This document shows positions 5,701 through 10,337 of a DNA stretch of 10,337 bases, piece after piece. The position numbers and the translations under genes are program-made. This stretch comes from an archaeon (GTDB lineage: Archaea > SpSt-1190 > DYHY01). Each line of letters begins with the position of its first letter. The first letter of the stretch is position 1. The notes under the pieces are model-generated. The model saw nothing but the letters and a program-made list of their open reading frames with translations, did no database searches and was not told where the DNA came from. The stretch lies in contig JAZDJS010000020.1 of NCBI GenBank assembly GCA_043803745.1, positions 1 to 10,337 on the forward strand, in the 5' to 3' direction.

Positions 5701-8004
5701 CAGACGGATTCCCCGCAGTTCACAGTGAAGATAACCCAGTCCAACGGCAGCGCGGTCCCGAACGCGACGGTTGTCGGATTCGTTGACGGAGGAACATCGA
5801 CATACACGTCAGTGACTGATGCGAACGGGAAGGCACTCCTGACGTTCGCCCCAAGCGGCACATGGGGCCCTGGCGGGCATGACGTAAGGTTCGAGATGCG
5901 AGCTGAACTCGGGGCGTCCGTAATCAAGGAGGAATTCCACAGCTGGTTCGAGGTAAGGAGCGCCTTCATCCAGATTTTCCCCGAAAGGGACCGGATTTCA
6001 CAGAGCGAAAACGCTGGCTTTGGTCTCTTCATTGAGGGGAACGGCGGCTCGATAACCAACGTTTACGTTGACGGGACGGAGACGGGATTCGTGACCAATA
6101 GCGAAAGCGTTCCCGGGGGGACGTTCTATCGGATAACCCTGCAACCGGAAGGAGGGAGCTGGCAGGAAGGCTTCCATTCGGTAAAGGCAACCGTCAATCT
6201 CAACGGAAACAGCATTGACGCATATTCCGGCTTTAGCGTCGCCTCGGTAGGAATCTACCTTGACATGCTCAACGGCAAGTTCGACTATGTTGTCGGGGAG
6301 ACTGCTACAGTTAACGTGAAGGTGTTCAACCTGACGAACGGGGAGCCGCTTCAAAGCATCAACGTGACCGGAAGAATGCGCTCGATAAACGGGGGAAGGC
6401 CGATAGAGCTCTCAAGCTGGAGCAACATCACCAACTCAAACGGGGAAACGCGCCTGAATTTCACGCTTTCGAAGGGAGGGTTCTCCGACATCAAGGTTTC
6501 CCTGAACATCAGCGGACCGGAGCAGTATATCGGGGTCCGCGCATCCTCCGGAGGCCTCTGGGTCAAGATAGGGTATAACGATGAGCAGGATTCCTATGTC
6601 GCCGGAACGGACACTGTCCAACTCAAGATAAACGCTACGGGCGGCGCGCAAGTCAAGGCAACCGTCTGGCAGCTCGGAAGAAAAATAGACCTTCCGGACC
6701 CGACGGAAGCCGGAGATTTCTATCTTGTGAACTACTCGCTGCCGGAAGATTCCCCATCAGGAAGATACAATGTTGAGGTTTCGGCTACAAACGCAACAAG
6801 CGGCGACAAATCCTTCAACTTCAGCGGCTTCGAGGTCGGAGGGACCCGGCTTCGCCTTGAATCCGACAAGGGGTTCTTTGCAAAATACAGGCCCGGCGAC
6901 GTCCTGAGCCTTTTCGCAAAGCTTTCCGATTCTTCGGACAATCCGGTCAGCGGAACCAACGTGACTTTTGTCCTTGGAAGCGAGGGCAAGGCTGAGGAAA
7001 CCCTTGGCTATTCCGCGTCCGATGGAAGGGGCAAGGCAGCATTCCAGACAATCCTAAGCGCGAACCTTACGGACGGGTTCTACTATGCCCGGGCATACAT
7101 GACCGACTCGCCGGGAATAGAGAGCTTCGCCCCGGTTGTCGTAAGCAGCCTCTCAGTCAGGATTTCAATCCTGAAGGACGGGGCTGAGGCTTTCTCGTTC
7201 TCATCGGGAGACGAGGCGCAGTTCAACGTTACGGCAACGTTCCCGAACGGAACGGCAATAGCAAATCCGACGAGCGCGGAACTCGTGTTCTTCGACCCTG
7301 CCAAGGGAATGTCAACATATTCGCTCGGAACGGCGGGATACCCCTATTCGACCAGCCTGAACTTTTCCGGACAGGGAAGCTTCACGGCGGTTGCAAAGGT
7401 GAAATCCGGAAGGCTGATGGGCTTTGATGCGAAACCCCTCGAGGTTTCCGGGCTTGAGGTCAACAGCTCGGTTGCTGGGGAGATAATCACCGCAAACGAG
7501 ACGAACGTAACGGTCTCTGTCACAAGCAGCCAGGCTGGGACGGCAACGCTGAAAATCTACGCTCCGACAAGCACCAATCCGACCCCGATTTATCTCGGGA
7601 GTGGCGCCATTGCCGCCGACACTGAAACCAACTTCACAGTTCTCGGAACAAACATAACCCTTCCGGGGATCTACATTGTCGACATAAAGGTTGCCAACGG
7701 ATCGAACAGCGGATTTGCGAAGAACCTCATTGAAGTCCGCCCGACGAGCGGGGAGTCCTATTCCCTTGATGTTGACCAGGACGGCTCAACCGCGAACATT
7801 CACACGGACGGGGCGAACAGGACCGCCATTGTGATGAATGCGGATTCCGCAACGAACGTGACGAGCACGCTTTCCCTGTCCCTGACGGGCACAGGAAGCG
7901 AATACAACAACTCGTTCACCGTTGCAAGCGGAACGACTTATTTCGTGAGGCTTGACGCGAGCGGAGCAACCAACCTTAACAGAACGATGTTTGTTGCGGA
8001 CTGA
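2734..8004 (+). CDS. Large secreted cell-surface glycoprotein, 1756 aa: signal peptide, Cys/Met-rich N-terminal half containing a carboxypeptidase-regulatory-like beta-sandwich, and a C-terminal array of about nine ~100-aa Ig-like (MG2/macroglobulin-like) domains; no C-terminal membrane anchor
   Basis: N-terminus MGRNSKAIRLAAALFAVFLALAVSA is a Sec signal. More than 50 N-x-S/T sequons by manual scan. FKGQALYANG...PNAIVYL...TKTDSDGKFAL module at about 3930-4075. Repeated patterns such as SDKGFFAKYRPGDVLSLFAKLSDSSDNPV, TDANGKA and GRYNVEV. Confidence 0.85.
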   Translation: MGRNSKAIRLAAALFAVFLALAVSAGFSAYDAPFQARDVWNTSSGRLRILLELDSEVGAPLNSFTNFTFTLNGTLVTAWNATGNGAFFNETNFTMVAGNRYNITLSSAYARERVPLNITANTTAAPGGFHIPVQTSPVLNLLNIHVLDNSGNLAAASIMVSRVTANSSKFLVAGGYGMLGEDYNELGETVPRPFLMFPNGLLELSCFGVNGTCGGSSGFNYTAHVANGYYIRTPQECLDEEDIRCPIDDISTGPENYQIGFRAFDMNSFNLSSTETFTPATRLTPVDLYINETTGIMPMFDMESLPWVEQQCDESGCRKNFNASYFAIYNSTGSLMLNNTFYNPSMSMPMPGLPGGQEYRVEASATSPFGKHFYTIYARDSGFINFNLRVWNNSLERTSFKGQALYANGSLGMPNAIVYLLDAFNAGPMLNIINSTKTDSDGKFALLGPKGVVETNCPDEGGCPHMYKIMVMNPAKNSNGANLYYPTEETNGKKYYKATDRTVIIPPIRVMDGGTVSVNATINGEGMLIAELSHYTANFFGIVRDIISKTMTLGDMASEMGSSGSKELVNIPVDAPNNTVNISVFGSSMEGQNGPPEPYSMCVLSTTVTKGDFANVNCSLQNFTKIALYRKRCGSIFNQADVPSGSCDQATEVKMQGGGENIWWNSRALLSNATNGAIVLYADEDSDYLFSLDGKLPAARGANYTLRIEPRYDWDKPLAFQTKPAGRNISVGNAPGTVNFTYYSFSDWEFRGPWQWRLNSTGNHTIAMSVVDKVYSPMNPLNTSSNGVSMKFVILNPDKTNATPWLPMAESYMEIGPENKSAFVAYFNASTYNVPAGKYYGIFKAELSNKVIGNAIQNYTADIWTYSPEWQFQTIISDFDLWLSLPKHSYGFGEWINGTLYVYDPDGNPLQLNATTKLLDNNGNAIQEVAYGSDSDGAGKFSMVAPSTSDYYELLTNVTTISGLTGLSDEWIKVSRLVLEEKRDKDFYSQTDSPQFTVKITQSNGSAVPNATVVGFVDGGTSTYTSVTDANGKALLTFAPSGTWGPGGHDVRFEMRAELGASVIKEEFHSWFEVRSAFIQIFPERDRISQSENAGFGLFIEGNGGSITNVYVDGTETGFVTNSESVPGGTFYRITLQPEGGSWQEGFHSVKATVNLNGNSIDAYSGFSVASVGIYLDMLNGKFDYVVGETATVNVKVFNLTNGEPLQSINVTGRMRSINGGRPIELSSWSNITNSNGETRLNFTLSKGGFSDIKVSLNISGPEQYIGVRASSGGLWVKIGYNDEQDSYVAGTDTVQLKINATGGAQVKATVWQLGRKIDLPDPTEAGDFYLVNYSLPEDSPSGRYNVEVSATNATSGDKSFNFSGFEVGGTRLRLESDKGFFAKYRPGDVLSLFAKLSDSSDNPVSGTNVTFVLGSEGKAEETLGYSASDGRGKAAFQTILSANLTDGFYYARAYMTDSPGIESFAPVVVSSLSVRISILKDGAEAFSFSSGDEAQFNVTATFPNGTAIANPTSAELVFFDPAKGMSTYSLGTAGYPYSTSLNFSGQGSFTAVAKVKSGRLMGFDAKPLEVSGLEVNSSVAGEIITANETNVTVSVTSSQAGTATLKIYAPTSTNPTPIYLGSGAIAADTETNFTVLGTNITLPGIYIVDIKVANGSNSGFAKNLIEVRPTSGESYSLDVDQDGSTANIHTDGANRTAIVMNADSATNVTSTLSLSLTGTGSEYNNSFTVASGTTYFVRLDASGATNLNRTMFVAD

Positions 8005-8012
8005 ACTCATAA

Positions 8013-8018
8013 AGGAGG
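8013..8018 (+). promoter_or_regulatory. Shine-Dalgarno site for the second surface-protein gene
   Basis: AGGAGG in the 17-nt gap, 3 nt before ATG 8022 and 12 nt before the in-frame ATG 8031. An SD at an operon-internal gene supports co-transcription. Confidence 0.7.
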
Positions 8019-8021
8019 AAG

Positions 8022-9512
8022 ATGACGGAAATGAATAATCAAAGCAAAGGCAAAATCGAAAACGCGAAAATCGTGCTTGTCATGGCAGTGGTTCTTGCGT
8101 TGGCTCTCACAACAGGGGCTTATGCCGGAACAATCAGCATAAGCAGCGTAAGCATCCCGACATCGGTCGTTTCCGGAAGCGGATTCACGATAACGGTCCA
8201 GATCTCGGTTGATTCGGTGCCGAGCCCGTCAGCAGTCCTTTCCGGGGCAGCCCTCTCGAGCCAGATAAGCTGCTCCCCGACTGGAAGCCAATCTATTTCG
8301 ATAGTCTCCGAAACCGGCTCTGCAAGCTGGAGCTGCACTGCAAACGTTGCGGGGGATTATTCGAACCAGCTGACCGCAACCATTTCTGGACTAGATGGCG
8401 AGGGGACCGAGCGGACTGCGGCAAGCTCGACCGGACTTGCTGTTCTTTCGCCTGCAGCAATTACGTCAAGCTCGACCGTTTCAGGAACTGCAACTGCCGG
8501 AACCGCCTTTACATACCGGGTAGGGATAAACAACGCGGGAACGCAGGATGCGACCGGTGTCGCGATCACGGTAAGCCCTCCTGCCGGAGTGAGCTGCACG
8601 AGCACCTCAGTTTCGGGCGAAACCATTGCTAACGGGCTCTCAAGCTATGATTTTTCCTGCACCGCGGCGTCAGCAGGGACATATGTCCTTTCCTCCGCAG
8701 TTTCCTCGGATAACGCAGGGAGCTCGTCAACAACCTATTCCGTTACTGCCGCAGCTTCCGGAGGGGGAGATTCTCCTGCCGGAGGCGCTGCTGCTGGCGG
8801 GGCTGGAGGAATACCCTCGAACGACGAAGTCAAGACAATAGATTTTGTTGTTGCGGGCATTGCGAATTACGTCGACCTTAACGAAACGAAGATGGGCGGG
8901 CTTGACGAGTTCATATTCTCCTCCACGGAGAACCTGACAAACGCAACGTTCGTAGTCCGTTCCCTCGGGAGCCTGCCGGCTTCCGTGCCGTTCGCCAGCC
9001 TTGTTGCAGGGGGCGCGAGAATCTACTCGAACTTCTCAATACTTTCCTCGAAGGTCAATTCGACGAACCTTGCCGGAAAAGCCAAGATAAAATTCAATAT
9101 CCCAAAGACCTGGCTTGCCGCAAACAACCTTGACCCGAGCAAGGTCAGGACATATCGGTATGTCGAGGGAGCCGGGGGAACCGGCTGGACCGAGCTTGCA
9201 ACGGCAAAGACCGGGGAGGATTCCGGCAAATATTACTTTGCAGCCGAGACTCCCGGGTTCTCCTATTTCGCGATTGTCGTTGATTCCTTATCGGAAACCC
9301 CAACTTCTTCGCCGCAAACTCCGACAACGACCGCTAGGAGCGGGAACGAAACCGAACCTACGACAACAGTTCCCGGATTGCCGCAAGAACCATCCGGAGA
9401 GCCTTCTGGCGGAACAAGCAGCCCCGCCAGGAATTACCTGCCCTATGCTGTCGCGGGACTCTGCCTGATCGTAATTGCGGGGGTTTACCTCTATTTCAAG
9501 AAGAAAGAATAA
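8022..9512 (+). CDS. PGF-pre-PGF domain-containing membrane-anchored surface protein with two N-terminal Ig-like (DUF11-like) domains, 496 aa (alternative start 8031)
   Basis: Signal peptide ending in AYA. Two Ig-like repeats, each with a Cys pair (ISCSP...WSCTA; VSCTS...FSCTA) and the DUF11-like stretch YRVGINNAGTQDATGVAITVSPPAGV. Gly-rich linker. PGF-pre-PGF hallmarks KIKFNIPKTWL, YRY...WTEL and YFAAETPGFSYFAIV (PGF at 9252-9260). Then a Thr/Pro/Ser stalk, a TM helix and a KKKE tail. Confidence 0.9.
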   Translation: MTEMNNQSKGKIENAKIVLVMAVVLALALTTGAYAGTISISSVSIPTSVVSGSGFTITVQISVDSVPSPSAVLSGAALSSQISCSPTGSQSISIVSETGSASWSCTANVAGDYSNQLTATISGLDGEGTERTAASSTGLAVLSPAAITSSSTVSGTATAGTAFTYRVGINNAGTQDATGVAITVSPPAGVSCTSTSVSGETIANGLSSYDFSCTAASAGTYVLSSAVSSDNAGSSSTTYSVTAAASGGGDSPAGGAAAGGAGGIPSNDEVKTIDFVVAGIANYVDLNETKMGGLDEFIFSSTENLTNATFVVRSLGSLPASVPFASLVAGGARIYSNFSILSSKVNSTNLAGKAKIKFNIPKTWLAANNLDPSKVRTYRYVEGAGGTGWTELATAKTGEDSGKYYFAAETPGFSYFAIVVDSLSETPTSSPQTPTTTARSGNETEPTTTVPGLPQEPSGEPSGGTSSPARNYLPYAVAGLCLIVIAGVYLYFKKKE

Positions 9513-9546
9513 ATAATAAGGTTGGCCTCCTCAGGTCTGTTTGAAA

Positions 9547-10337
9547 ATGACTTCCCTCCAGAACGAATTCAGGATCGACCCAATCACCGGAACAGTCGTG
9601 ATTTTCTCCCCGAAAAGGGGGGCTAGACCAAGCGACTATCTTGACAAGAAGCCCGAGATAATTTCGGGCACGGCCTGCCCGCTCTGCCCCGGAAACGAGC
9701 AGATGACCCCCCCGACAATCCTGTTCAAAGGGGCTTCAGCGCAGGAATGGACAATCCGGAATTTCGAGAACAAGTTCGCAGCCCTTGACAAGGGCGCCAA
9801 GCTGAAATGGGAAAAAACCCCTTTTGGGCAGGTTTCCCCGGCATATGGCAGGCACGAGGTTGTCGTTGAGACTAACCGGCACGGGGCAGCCCCCTGGGAA
9901 CTCTCAGAGGGGGAGATTGCCGAGGTTTTCAAGGTCTTCTCCGAAAGGTTTTCAGCGATTTCCAAGGACAGGAAAATAGAATCTGTCCTGATTTTCCAGA
10001 ACCATGGCAAGGATGCCGGGGCAAGCCTCTCCCACCTGCACGCGCAGATTGCCGCGTTCCCGTTCGTGATTTCCGGGTTTGAGAAACGGATCAAGGGCTC
10101 CGCCCCGAAGGGGAAGAATAAGAAATGCAAATACTGCGAAATTGCCGACAAGGAGCGGGAGCTCGGGATACGCACGGTTTTCGAAAGCGAAAACATCCTC
10201 GTCCTCTGCCCGTTCGCATCAGTCTTCAAATACGAGACAATGGTACTCCCGAAGAAGCACCTGAAGGGGTTCCCGGACTTTGCCGAGATTGGACAGGTAC
10301 TAAAGCGGCTCTTTGTAGCATATAACAAGCTCCTTGG
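9547..10337 (+). CDS. galT: Galactose-1-phosphate uridylyltransferase family protein (GalT, HIT superfamily), truncated by the window edge
   Basis: Manual translation from ATG 9547 is open to the window end: MTSLQNEFRIDPITGTVVIFSPKRGARP...CPLCPGNE...RNFENKFAAL...YGRHEVVVET...IFQNHGKDAGASLSHLHAQI...CKYCEI...LCPFAS...PKKH. It is absent from the ORF track because no stop codon falls in the window. Confidence 0.92.
   Translation, partial: MTSLQNEFRIDPITGTVVIFSPKRGARPSDYLDKKPEIISGTACPLCPGNEQMTPPTILFKGASAQEWTIRNFENKFAALDKGAKLKWEKTPFGQVSPAYGRHEVVVETNRHGAAPWELSEGEIAEVFKVFSERFSAISKDRKIESVLIFQNHGKDAGASLSHLHAQIAAFPFVISGFEKRIKGSAPKGKNKKCKYCEIADKERELGIRTVFESENILVLCPFASVFKYETMVLPKKHLKGFPDFAEIGQVLKRLFVAYNKLL

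Noticed and set aside
2734-8004. Alpha-2-macroglobulin protease trap, intein or diversity-generating retroelement target
   Set aside because: No CxEQ thioester motif or helical domain, no intein splice-junction motifs, and no template/variable repeat pair or reverse transcriptase seen in the window.
2703-9468. Many short antisense and alternate-frame ORFs within the two surface-protein genes
   Set aside because: Expected by-products of GC-rich codon usage in long genes; none has recognisable motifs or its own expression signals.
9636-10328. 230-aa minus-strand ORF and short plus-strand ORFs 10079..10264 and 10125..10325
   Set aside because: Shadows of the GalT reading frame starting at 9547, which carries all the family motifs.

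Overview
Archaeal-looking chromosomal window; a DPANN-like origin is inferred from TATA/BRE promoters about 25-35 nt before start codons, a PGF-pre-PGF domain and dense N-glycosylation sequons. It has six protein genes: a YdeI/OmpD-associated protein (-), a phosphomannomutase-like HAD-IIB hydrolase (+), a SpoIIM-family membrane protein (-), a 1756-aa secreted, anchorless, multi-Ig/MG-domain glycoprotein (+), a closely following membrane-anchored DUF11-like + PGF-pre-PGF protein (+), and a GalT-family nucleotidyltransferase (+) that runs off the window and is missing from the ORF track. The two best leads are (1) the two-gene surface-protein pair, which may be an undescribed cap-plus-anchor surface layer or adhesin, and (2) a structured non-coding repeat at 2-170 whose two copies differ by a 37-nt insert of two tandem-GA hairpins, with related GGYC...GGYC hairpins in other intergenic gaps. 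All family calls come from recognising motifs by eye; no searches were run.
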